64,000 nt of DNA. Source: Candidatus Nomurabacteria bacterium. Lineage in GTDB: Bacteria; Patescibacteriota; Dojkabacteria; SC72; JAHDCA01. Below the pieces are notes generated by a model. It saw only the letters and a list, made by a program, of their open reading frames with translations, did not search any database and was not told the DNA's origin. The number at the start of each line of letters is the position of its first letter. Position 1 is the stretch's first letter. Both the position numbers and the translations under genes were made by a program. The stretch is taken from the NCBI GenBank assembly GCA_020632375.1, contig JACKFR010000001.1, positions 85,106 to 149,105 on the forward strand, given 5' to 3'. Of the stretch, positions 56,450-64,000 are shown one piece after another.

Positions 56450-57757
56450 ATGGCTAAGCGAATTATAACTGCGATTGATGTCGGTTCGAGCAAAGTAACT
56501 ACTGTAATTGCTGCTGCAGATGAATCTGACAGTCAGCCAGCAGTAATAGGTGTTTACTCTCATCCTTCTCAAGGTATAAAAAAAGGTGTTATCGTAAATA
56601 TTGACGAAGCGACAAACTCTATTTCTGAAAGCTTGACTGCTGCCGAGAGAATGGCAGGAGTGACAGTTTCCGATGTTTATGTAACTATTAACGGCCAACA
56701 GGTGACCAGTATAAACAATAGGGGGGTAGTAGCTGTCTCCGGGGCAGAAATTACTATGGAAGACACTTATCGTGCAATAGAAAATGCCCGCACGCTGTCA
56801 CTTCCACAAGACATGAATCCAATTCATATAATCCCACGTGAATTTGTAGTAGATAATCAAAATGGTATCAAATACCCAATTGGGATGACAGGCCAACGTT
56901 TAGAAGTTGAAACTCATATTATTACCGCTTCAACATCATCTTGGAAAAATCTTAGGAAATGTGTAGAACAGCTTGCGCTTAATGTTGTGGACATTGTATT
57001 TACAGGCTGGGCTTCGACTCTTTCTGTTTTGACTGAAACAGAGAAAGAGCTTGGTGTTGCTCTCCTAGATATAGGTGCTGGCACCACAAGCATTTCGATA
57101 TTTCATGAGGGAGCAATTGTATTTAGCGGTTGCGTGCCGCTTGGCGGATTGAATATTACAAGTGATTTGGCTATTGGCCTACAGTTATCTTTAGATGAAG
57201 CCGAAAAAGTCAAGGTAAACATGAGCAATATTCTTGATGGTAAAGTTGCAGAAAGTAAAGATAATGATTCTACTCCTGCCTTATTAAGAAAGGTTGATGA
57301 AGAAAAATCTTCCACCTCAAAAGGTGAAATGGCAAGTGTGTCTGGGCTTGGTATTACAAGTAAAGAAGAAGTTTCAAAAGAAATGCTTACGAAGATTGTC
57401 GAAGCAAGACTAGAGGAAATTTTTGAAATGGTTCGAGATACTGTCTCAAAAGCAGGTTTTGATATCGCTACACCGGCTGGCGTTGTAATTACTGGCGGAT
57501 CTTCACAACTTCGTGATATAACAAAAGTAGCACAAGCAGTTTTTGGTGTACCATCAAGAGTGGGTTATCCGAGCGGTCTTACTGGAATGGTTGAAGAAAT
57601 ATCTGACCCAGGTTACTCGGCTGTTCAGGGGCTTGTTCGACATGCTATGGATGACGAAAATGATAGTTCCGGAATTTCTAGTGGTAATAGCCTGCAAAGC
57701 GGATTTGGGGGGCTAGTAAATAGGCTCACTTCTCTGCTTAAGTCTTTAATGCCTTAG
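56450..57757 (+). CDS. ftsA: Cell division protein FtsA
   Basis: Actin-fold motifs (AIDVGSSKV, LLDIGAGTTSISIF, VVITGGSS) and a C-terminal amphipathic tail. Confidence 0.9.
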   Translation: MAKRIITAIDVGSSKVTTVIAAADESDSQPAVIGVYSHPSQGIKKGVIVNIDEATNSISESLTAAERMAGVTVSDVYVTINGQQVTSINNRGVVAVSGAEITMEDTYRAIENARTLSLPQDMNPIHIIPREFVVDNQNGIKYPIGMTGQRLEVETHIITASTSSWKNLRKCVEQLALNVVDIVFTGWASTLSVLTETEKELGVALLDIGAGTTSISIFHEGAIVFSGCVPLGGLNITSDLAIGLQLSLDEAEKVKVNMSNILDGKVAESKDNDSTPALLRKVDEEKSSTSKGEMASVSGLGITSKEEVSKEMLTKIVEARLEEIFEMVRDTVSKAGFDIATPAGVVITGGSSQLRDITKVAQAVFGVPSRVGYPSGLTGMVEEISDPGYSAVQGLVRHAMDDENDSSGISSGNSLQSGFGGLVNRLTSLLKSLMP

Positions 57758-57783
57758 TTTTTAAGATTTGATCCGATACCAAT

Positions 57784-59028
57784 ATGTTAGTAACTCCCAA
57801 TAGTGTAGATCCAATAGCAAAGATAAAAGTAATAGGTGTCGGTGGAGCTGGTGGCAATACTTTAAACACAATGATCTCTGATTACAACATTGAGGGAGTG
57901 GAGTTTTATGCCTTTAATACTGATGCACAGGCTTTGAAGACATCTCTGGCTCCAGTAACTGTTCAAGTTGGTTCTGAACTCACAAGAGGTTTAGGTGTGG
58001 GTGGTGATCATGAATTAGGTGCACAGGCGGCAGAAGAAAGTCTGGATGAAATTCATGAGCATCTTGCTGGTGCTGACATGGTGTTTATAACTGCTGGTAT
58101 GGGTGGTGGAACAGGAACCGGTGCAGCTCCGGTTATCGCAGGTGTAGCAAAAAACCTTGGGGCTTTAACTGTTGCTGTTGTCACTAAGCCATTCAAATTT
58201 GAAGGAAAACATAGAGAAGAGGTTGCCCTCGAAGGGCTTGAGCAGATGAAGGACAAGGTAGATACTTTAATTGTTGTACCAAATCAAAGACTTTTAGACA
58301 TTATTGATGAGCAGATTTCATTTATGAATGCGATGAAAGAAGTTGACAAAGTTTTGGCGGAAGGTGTTAAGAGTATCGCAAGTTTAGTAACAAAAACAGG
58401 TTTTATTAATGTAGACTTTGCAGATGTGAAGTCGATTATGACTGACGCAGGGACCTCATTAATGGGTATGGGCACTGCGAGTGGTGATAATAGAGCCGAA
58501 TCTGCAGCTCGTCAAGCGACTAACAGCCCACTTCTTGATATGTCGATTGAAGGAGCAACTGGTGTCTTGTTTAATGTTGTAGGCGGTCCTGATCTCTCAA
58601 TGAAAGAAATCGATACTGCTGCTCAACTTATCTATGATGCTGTCGATCCTTCTGCGAACGTGATTTTCGGTGCTTCGATAGATGAAGATCTAAAAGATGA
58701 TCTAGTTATAACAATCGTTGCGACTGGATTCGATGAGTCAAAGCAGGTCTATACAGCAAGACTGGGCACAGAAATGCCACGTCCTTCACTGATTCCTGGA
58801 AAGAATCTTTCTTCTAAAACTTCTCCGGTTAACGAGTCTTCTAAACCTTCAATGACTCCGTTGTCTTCTGATTATAGCCAAGATAGCGGGCTTACAGATG
58901 AGGCAAAAACAACAGATGTTGTAACAGATAAAAATACTGAGCCAACTTCTACAAAGAAGTCTACAAATTCTGCTACAAACGGTGATGACGATGTTCTTGA
59001 TGTCCCTGCCTTTATGAGAAGGAGATAA
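57784..59028 (+). CDS. ftsZ: Cell division protein FtsZ
   Basis: Tubulin signature [10 protein letters not shown] and NTDAQAL. C-terminal conserved peptide [11 protein letters not shown]. Confidence 0.95.
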   Translation: MLVTPNSVDPIAKIKVIGVGGAGGNTLNTMISDYNIEGVEFYAFNTDAQALKTSLAPVTVQVGSELTRGLGVGGDHELGAQAAEESLDEIHEHLAGADMVFITAGMGGGTGTGAAPVIAGVAKNLGALTVAVVTKPFKFEGKHREEVALEGLEQMKDKVDTLIVVPNQRLLDIIDEQISFMNAMKEVDKVLAEGVKSIASLVTKTGFINVDFADVKSIMTDAGTSLMGMGTASGDNRAESAARQATNSPLLDMSIEGATGVLFNVVGGPDLSMKEIDTAAQLIYDAVDPSANVIFGASIDEDLKDDLVITIVATGFDESKQVYTARLGTEMPRPSLIPGKNLSSKTSPVNESSKPSMTPLSSDYSQDSGLTDEAKTTDVVTDKNTEPTSTKKSTNSATNGDDDVLDVPAFMRRR

Positions 59029-59067
59029 ACTCTTTCCTTTTTTCAACCGGCCGGCTTCCTTAGGAGT

Positions 59068-59095
59068 TTGAAAAATCTTCGATTCACTGTATAAT
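59068..59095 (+). promoter_or_regulatory. Sigma70-type promoter of the ileS leader
   Basis: TTGAAA (59068-59073), 16 nt spacer, TATAAT (59090-59095). Confidence 0.6.
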
Positions 59096-59101
59096 GGCAA
59101 A

Positions 59102-59340
59102 GTTAGCTTAAATGCTTTGATCCTGCCAAGCGTTTTGGATATCACAGGGGAGCTGCGAGAAGAAATTCTTAAGAAAAGTAGATCTCGACGGAAGGCAACC
59201 GTAAAATGTTCATCCCATTCAGTATTGAGTGGGGCAGAGCGACAAGAGGTAACTTTTGTCGAAACGAGGGTGGTACCGTGTATTAGTAAATACATCCCTC
59301 TATGCAAGATTGAGTTATTTTGCATAGGGGGATTTTTTTA
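59102..59340 (+). promoter_or_regulatory. T-box riboswitch leader with intrinsic terminator
   Basis: T-box core AAACGAGGGTGGTACCGTG (59262-59280). Antiterminator helices GGG 59268-70 / CCC 59296-98 and GTGTATT/AATACAT (59278-59295). Terminator is a 12-bp stem 59296-59307 / 59320-59331 followed by T7 at 59333-59339. Confidence 0.85.
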
Positions 59341-59363
59341 TTTTAATTGTAACTTATATCAAG

Positions 59364-62252
59364 ATGGCGAAGAAAAAAGGCTTTACACCGATTGATCAGA
59401 ATCATGATGTTGTTGAGATGGAAGAAAAGTACCTGAGATGGTGGGAAGAAACCAATGTACTTCAAAAATATTTGGAAAAAAATACGAGTTCAAATAAACG
59501 ATTTTCGTTTATTGACGGCCCAATAACAGCTAATAATCCCATGGGGCTACATCATGCGTGGGGTAGGACAATGAAAGATGCTGTCCAGCGATATAAGAAT
59601 ATGCAGGGTTTTCAGCAAAGATTTCAAAATGGCTTTGACTGTCAAGGTCTTTGGGTTGAAGTTGAAGTCGAAAAAGTCTTAGGTTTTAATTCGAAAAAGG
59701 ACATTATAGATTATGGTCTTGGAAAATTTACTGATGCGTGTAAAGCAAGGGTTAATAAATATTCTAGTATTCAGACAGAACAGTCAAAAAGACTCGGTCA
59801 GTTCATGGATTGGGAAAACAGTTATTACACCATGTCGGAAGAAAATAATCTCTATATATGGAAATTTCTTTCTCTTTGTAATGAGAAGGGTCTCTTGTAC
59901 AAAAGCAAGGCATCTACCACTTGGTGTCCACGATGCGAAACAGGCCTTTCACAGCACGAACAGCTCGATGGTTATCAAGAAATAGAAGATGACTCGGTAT
60001 ATGTTAAGTTCCGGCTAAAAGATCGAAAAGGCGAGTACATGCTTGCCTGGACAACCACCCCTTGGACATTATCGGCAAATGTTCTTCTTGCTGTTAATCC
60101 GCAATTTCAATATGTCAAAGCCAGTTATGAAGGGGAGATTTTGTATCTTGTTGAAGAATCAGCAAAACGACTTGGCCTTAACGACTATGAAAAGGTCAAT
60201 GTCTCTGACCTGGTCGGTCTGGAATACGAGAGTCTTTACGATATCCCAGCTCAAAAAGATGTCATTCACAAAGTTGTTGAGTGGGATCTCGTAGACAATG
60301 TAAGCGGTTCAGGTGTTGTTCATGTCGCACCTGGATGTGGAGAAGAAGATTTCCAGCTTGGAAAAGAATTGGATGCTCCAGCGTTAGCTCCTTTAGATAC
60401 GACTGGAGTCTTTATAGATGGTTATGGGGATCTGACTGGGAAGTATGCACACGATGTAAATGAAACAGTTTTTGATTATCTTAAAGAAAAAGGACTCTTT
60501 TACAAAACTGAAAAGTTTAAACATAAATACCCTCATTGTTGGAGATGCAAAACAAAGTGTTTATTCCGGCTGGAGACAAATTGGTTCCTCAATATTGAAA
60601 AGATAAAGCCAGATCTTAAAAAACAAGCTCAAAAAGCAAATTGGATGCCAGACTATGTTGGATTAAGAATGCAAGACTGGCTCAAAAATATGGGAGACTG
60701 GATGATAAGTAGGAACCGATATTATGGTTTATCTCTTCCATTTTATGAAGATGAAAACGGAGAATTGGTTGTTATTGATTCGAAAGAAACTCTTCGGAAG
60801 CTTGCTGTCGAACCCGAAAAAGTCGACGCATTACCTAGTCTTCACAGGCCTTGGATAGATGAGATAAAAATTAAAAGTCCTAAAACAGGGAATATTCTTA
60901 CCAGAGTAACTGATGTCGGTGATTGTTGGCTTGATGCAGGGGTCGTGCCGTTTTCTACACTCAAATATCTAAACGACAAAGAATATTGGAAAAAATGGTT
61001 CCCTGCTGACTTTATTACAGAAATGGTTGAGCAAGTTAGACTCTGGTATTACTCAATGCTGGTTTTTGGTGTAATTTTTGAAAATCAGGTGCCGTATGCA
61101 AATGTTCTTAGCTATGCAGAAGTTAGAGATGAGCATAATCAGCGGATGAGTAAAACAAAGAAAAACGGTATTCCTTACGATGAAGCCGTCAACAAAGTAG
61201 GCGCCGACTTAATGAGGTGGAATTATCTCACCCAAAATGTTCGTAAAAACGTATTGTTTGGTTGGAGCACTTTAGAAGATGTCAGAAGAAAGTTTTATCT
61301 GCCGTTATGGAATTCTTACGTCTATTTTGTAACTTACGCAAATATGCACAATTGGACACCTTCTTCCGACTCTCAGACTTCTGACGTGTTAATGGATAAA
61401 TGGGTATTAAGCGAGCTTGGAAGGGTTATAAAAGCAGTTGAAGAAAATATGGACGTATATGATATTTCATCATCAACCCGATTGATAGAAGAGTTTGTGC
61501 GAGATTTGTCAACCTGGTATATACGAGGCAGTAGAGATCGTTTTAAAAAAGGAGACACAAAAGCTTTAGACACCCTTCACAAAGTTTTGGTCTCTATCTC
61601 AAAGCTTCTTGCGCCTTATATGCCGTTCTTGGCTGAAGAGATGTATCAAAATCTTGTTGTAAATTGTGCTTTAAAAGGTGCTAAAGATTCAGTTCATCTT
61701 GAAGATTATCCTAAAACAGAGAATATTGATGAGGAACTCTTGGCTAAAATGTCTGATCTCAGGTCTTTTGTTACTCTTGGGCTTAAAGTTCGAGAAGACA
61801 ACGGTATGAAACTCCGTCAACCGTTGGAAAAAGCATACGTAAATATGCCATCAGACGAACTCGCACAAGTTTTAGCGAATGAGCTTAATGTTAAGAGTGT
61901 CGAATGTGTGAAAAAAGTCCCAGAAGGGGATAATTATAAGGCTGAACAAGATCGAGGACTCTTTGTGGCATTGGATATAAACTTGAGCGAAGAGCTTGAA
62001 TGGGCGGGCTTTATTAATGAGTTCGCTAGAAAGATTCAGGTTGAGAGAAAATCGTTAGGGTTAGATATTACAGATAGAGTCTCGATACACTTCGCTTCTG
62101 CTGATAAGTTTGTAAAGAATGCTCTCGAATCTTCGCAAAAAGATCTACTTGAAAGAGTGGGTGCGAGTGAAATTCTCTATAATGAAACGCTTAGCGGAGA
62201 AGAAATTGATGTAAACAGCCATATGGTTACAGTTACTGTAACCAAGGTCTAA
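59364..62252 (+). CDS. ileS: Isoleucyl-tRNA synthetase
   Basis: Class Ia architecture: HIGH-type PMGLHHAWGRT, editing-domain insert (WTTTPWTL), KMSKS as RMSKTKKNG. 962 aa. Preceded by a T-box whose features fit tRNA-Ile. Confidence 0.8.
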   Translation: MAKKKGFTPIDQNHDVVEMEEKYLRWWEETNVLQKYLEKNTSSNKRFSFIDGPITANNPMGLHHAWGRTMKDAVQRYKNMQGFQQRFQNGFDCQGLWVEVEVEKVLGFNSKKDIIDYGLGKFTDACKARVNKYSSIQTEQSKRLGQFMDWENSYYTMSEENNLYIWKFLSLCNEKGLLYKSKASTTWCPRCETGLSQHEQLDGYQEIEDDSVYVKFRLKDRKGEYMLAWTTTPWTLSANVLLAVNPQFQYVKASYEGEILYLVEESAKRLGLNDYEKVNVSDLVGLEYESLYDIPAQKDVIHKVVEWDLVDNVSGSGVVHVAPGCGEEDFQLGKELDAPALAPLDTTGVFIDGYGDLTGKYAHDVNETVFDYLKEKGLFYKTEKFKHKYPHCWRCKTKCLFRLETNWFLNIEKIKPDLKKQAQKANWMPDYVGLRMQDWLKNMGDWMISRNRYYGLSLPFYEDENGELVVIDSKETLRKLAVEPEKVDALPSLHRPWIDEIKIKSPKTGNILTRVTDVGDCWLDAGVVPFSTLKYLNDKEYWKKWFPADFITEMVEQVRLWYYSMLVFGVIFENQVPYANVLSYAEVRDEHNQRMSKTKKNGIPYDEAVNKVGADLMRWNYLTQNVRKNVLFGWSTLEDVRRKFYLPLWNSYVYFVTYANMHNWTPSSDSQTSDVLMDKWVLSELGRVIKAVEENMDVYDISSSTRLIEEFVRDLSTWYIRGSRDRFKKGDTKALDTLHKVLVSISKLLAPYMPFLAEEMYQNLVVNCALKGAKDSVHLEDYPKTENIDEELLAKMSDLRSFVTLGLKVREDNGMKLRQPLEKAYVNMPSDELAQVLANELNVKSVECVKKVPEGDNYKAEQDRGLFVALDINLSEELEWAGFINEFARKIQVERKSLGLDITDRVSIHFASADKFVKNALESSQKDLLERVGASEILYNETLSGEEIDVNSHMVTVTVTKV

Positions 62253-62289
62253 TGTTTATGAGTAGCATTGAGAATGCTATCATAAGCAA

Positions 62290-63600
62290 ATGAGAATAAA
62301 ACATGATTACAGTATCACAATCGCCTTATGCATTCTTGTCTTAGTTGGTGTGGTTACAATCTTGACTACGAATGTTGATGTAAATGGGCGTTTAGACTGG
62401 GGAGGAGTTGTTTCGAAGCAAATAATTTTCGCTCTGATTGGATTTGGTCTGTACTGGCTTGTCTCGAAGCTCAATTTTGTATATCTCAAATACCCTCATG
62501 TGTGGATTCCTCTTTATCTAGTTACACTGGTGCTGCTTCTATTGACTCTGTTTTTGGGACCTGAGATTAATGGAGCAAAAAGATGGCTTTTGATAGGTGG
62601 GACTCAGCTACAGCCTTCAGAAATCGCCAAGATAACAATTATCCTAGTTACTGCGAATATCTTATCTTACAGGAATCGCTTTAATCAGTGGGTCTTGGTT
62701 TTATTAAGTGGTTTAGCACTGACACCAATCTTAATTCTTGTTTTCTTACAACCACATGGAAGCATGACGCTTATTCTTGCAATGATTTGGGGAATAGTCG
62801 TATTTACATACCTGGATAATCAGCTGAGAAATTTCCTTACTGTATCTATTGTTATTCTTGGGGTCTTGGGCATATTATTGGTGCAATATGGTTTGGTTGT
62901 TGTAGGGATTATCTCTTTAGGAATCTCTATCATTCTTACTATCTTTGGACTTTACTCGCACGAAGAGTCACGTAAGTTCTTTTTTGGGGCTGCTTCATTG
63001 GCGGTTATTATTGGCACGCTTTTGGCAACTGTCGGAAAACCGATCATTCAGGGAGAATTATTACAAGACTATCAACTTAATCGGATTGAAGCATTTAGAA
63101 ACCCAGAAAAGTACTCATCAGGACTAGCATTTAACACGATCCAATCGCAGATTGCTATTGGGTCAGGTAAGCTTTTAGGCAAGGGACTCGGATATAGTAC
63201 TCAAGGGAGACTGAATTTTCTTCCAGAGCATCAAACAGACTTCATTTTCGCTATTTTTGCTGAACAGTTTGGATTTGTAGGGGCAATTTTCTTGATCGCG
63301 GTGTTTATGTTTCTTGTCTTTAAGTTTTTATGGGTTGCAATGGCAAATTCAAGAGAGTCTTTTAGCGCACTTGTTTCAACTGGCATTGCAGTTAAGCTTC
63401 TGATTGAAGTTTTTGTGAGTATAGGGGTAAATACAGGAGTAATTCCTGCAACAGGCATTCCTTTGCCTTTAATTAGCGCCGGGGGGACAATAACGCTCGT
63501 AACTTTTGTTAGTTTTGGGCTAATACAAAGTATAATTAATAGCACAAGCATAGATCGTGATACCGGGGAGATTGTTGACAACGACGACCTATTAATTTAG
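62290..63600 (+). CDS. SEDS-family peptidoglycan polymerase (FtsW/RodA)
   Basis: About 10 TM helices. Signature loop NRIEAFRNPEKYSSGLAFNTIQSQIAIGSGKLLGKGLG and EHQTDFIFAIFAEQFGFVGA. Confidence 0.85.
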   Translation: MRIKHDYSITIALCILVLVGVVTILTTNVDVNGRLDWGGVVSKQIIFALIGFGLYWLVSKLNFVYLKYPHVWIPLYLVTLVLLLLTLFLGPEINGAKRWLLIGGTQLQPSEIAKITIILVTANILSYRNRFNQWVLVLLSGLALTPILILVFLQPHGSMTLILAMIWGIVVFTYLDNQLRNFLTVSIVILGVLGILLVQYGLVVVGIISLGISIILTIFGLYSHEESRKFFFGAASLAVIIGTLLATVGKPIIQGELLQDYQLNRIEAFRNPEKYSSGLAFNTIQSQIAIGSGKLLGKGLGYSTQGRLNFLPEHQTDFIFAIFAEQFGFVGAIFLIAVFMFLVFKFLWVAMANSRESFSALVSTGIAVKLLIEVFVSIGVNTGVIPATGIPLPLISAGGTITLVTFVSFGLIQSIINSTSIDRDTGEIVDNDDLLI

Positions 63601-63613
63601 AATCAGCGAGAAA

Positions 63614-64000
63614 ATGGCAAAAAGTAAAGCATCCAAAACTAAAAAAGAAACAGAAGCTTCTTCAATAGCGTCTAAAAGAGCTGCTAAACCTGCACGACAG
63701 ACAGAGGTTCCAGGTAAGAAAAGATCTACGTCTAAAGCAAAATCTACTGCAAAGAAAAACACAGCTTCTCCAACAAAATCTATCTCGAAATCTGTTCCTA
63801 AGGTAGAAGCCAAAACCAGCAGATTTGCAGTTATTAAACTTGCAGGCACACAGCTTACTGTTGTGGAAGGGGAAAAATATACTGTTAAGAAGATAGCGGG
63901 AGTAAAAGGAGAGACAGTCGTTTCTACTGATGTCCTTTTGCTCTCAGAAGATGGTAAAATTACTCTTGGTAAGCCAACCGTTTCGGGTGCAAAAGTTACA
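63614..64000 (+). CDS. rplU: Ribosomal protein L21 with a long basic N-terminal extension, 3' end outside window
   Basis: Open frame not in the track because it runs off the window. About 68 Lys/Ser/Thr/Ala-rich residues, then the L21 core RFAVIKLAGTQLTVVEGEKYTVKKI...VLLLSEDGKITLGKPTVSGAKV. Confidence 0.75.
   Translation, partial: MAKSKASKTKKETEASSIASKRAAKPARQTEVPGKKRSTSKAKSTAKKNTASPTKSISKSVPKVEAKTSRFAVIKLAGTQLTVVEGEKYTVKKIAGVKGETVVSTDVLLLSEDGKITLGKPTVSGAKVT

Noticed and set aside
58849-59395. A 158-aa minus-strand ORF (58849-59325) and a 92-aa plus-strand ORF (59117-59395) between ftsZ and ileS.
   Set aside because: The region is explained by the ftsZ 3' end, a promoter and the T-box leader with its terminator. 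The ORFs have no RBS or motif support, and the plus-strand one reads through the terminator into ileS out of frame.
63592-63849. An 85-aa minus-strand ORF in the track.
   Set aside because: It is antisense to the rplU reading frame. The rplU frame has a recognisable L21 core and is missing from the track only because it runs off the window.
1-64000. CRISPR arrays, rRNA genes, retron/DGR-type reverse transcriptases, recognisable toxin-antitoxin pairs or known defence-system genes.
   Set aside because: Reading through the intergenic regions and the ORF translations, I saw no regularly spaced direct repeats, no rRNA-like sequence, no RT or Cas motifs and no nuclease/ATPase pairs typical of defence islands. 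Absence by eye is not proof.

Overview
AT-rich, densely coding bacterial chromosomal segment with about 65 protein genes and 4 tRNAs. I saw no rRNA and no CRISPR array. TGA, TAA and TAG all end recognisable genes and RF2 is present, so the genetic code is standard. The gene content suggests a small-genome Patescibacteria/CPR-like bacterium: many short genes, cohesin-like and FG-GAP surface proteins, a DUF5674-like protein and many orphan ORFs. That lineage call is an inference, not something the sequence shows directly.

Backbone genes:
- recA (5' truncated), recX, recJ
- an OmpR-type regulator with a hybrid PAS kinase; a GAF kinase with a CheY-like regulator
- aspS, gltX, ileS
- a D-Ala-D-Ala carboxypeptidase
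- carD-like, HIT, ppa
- prfB-ftsE-ftsX followed by a coiled-coil M23 protein
- gpmI, ung, uppP
- a surface-glycan glycosyltransferase cluster
- lexA-umuD-umuC
- ftsQ-ftsA-ftsZ, a SEDS protein (ftsW/rodA), and rplU (3' truncated)

Standouts:
1. A clear heliorhodopsin gene.
2. Two canonical T-box attenuators, in front of aspS and ileS. In each, the discriminator-pairing base fits the cognate tRNA.
3. An AspRS with a fused C-terminal YbaK-type editing domain.
4. A Memo-like gene followed by an AmmeMemoRadiSam-type radical SAM homolog that has lost all three cluster cysteines.
5. An FtsEX-linked M23 protein whose M23 motifs appear in circularly permuted order.
6. A cohesin-like protein with a PNTG sorting-signal-like tail inside the glycosyltransferase cluster.
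7. A variable region (about 20-25.8 kb) with a frameshifted IS1595-type element, gene remnants and orphan ORFs next to tRNA-Asn.

All functional calls rest on motif recognition by eye. No searches were run.
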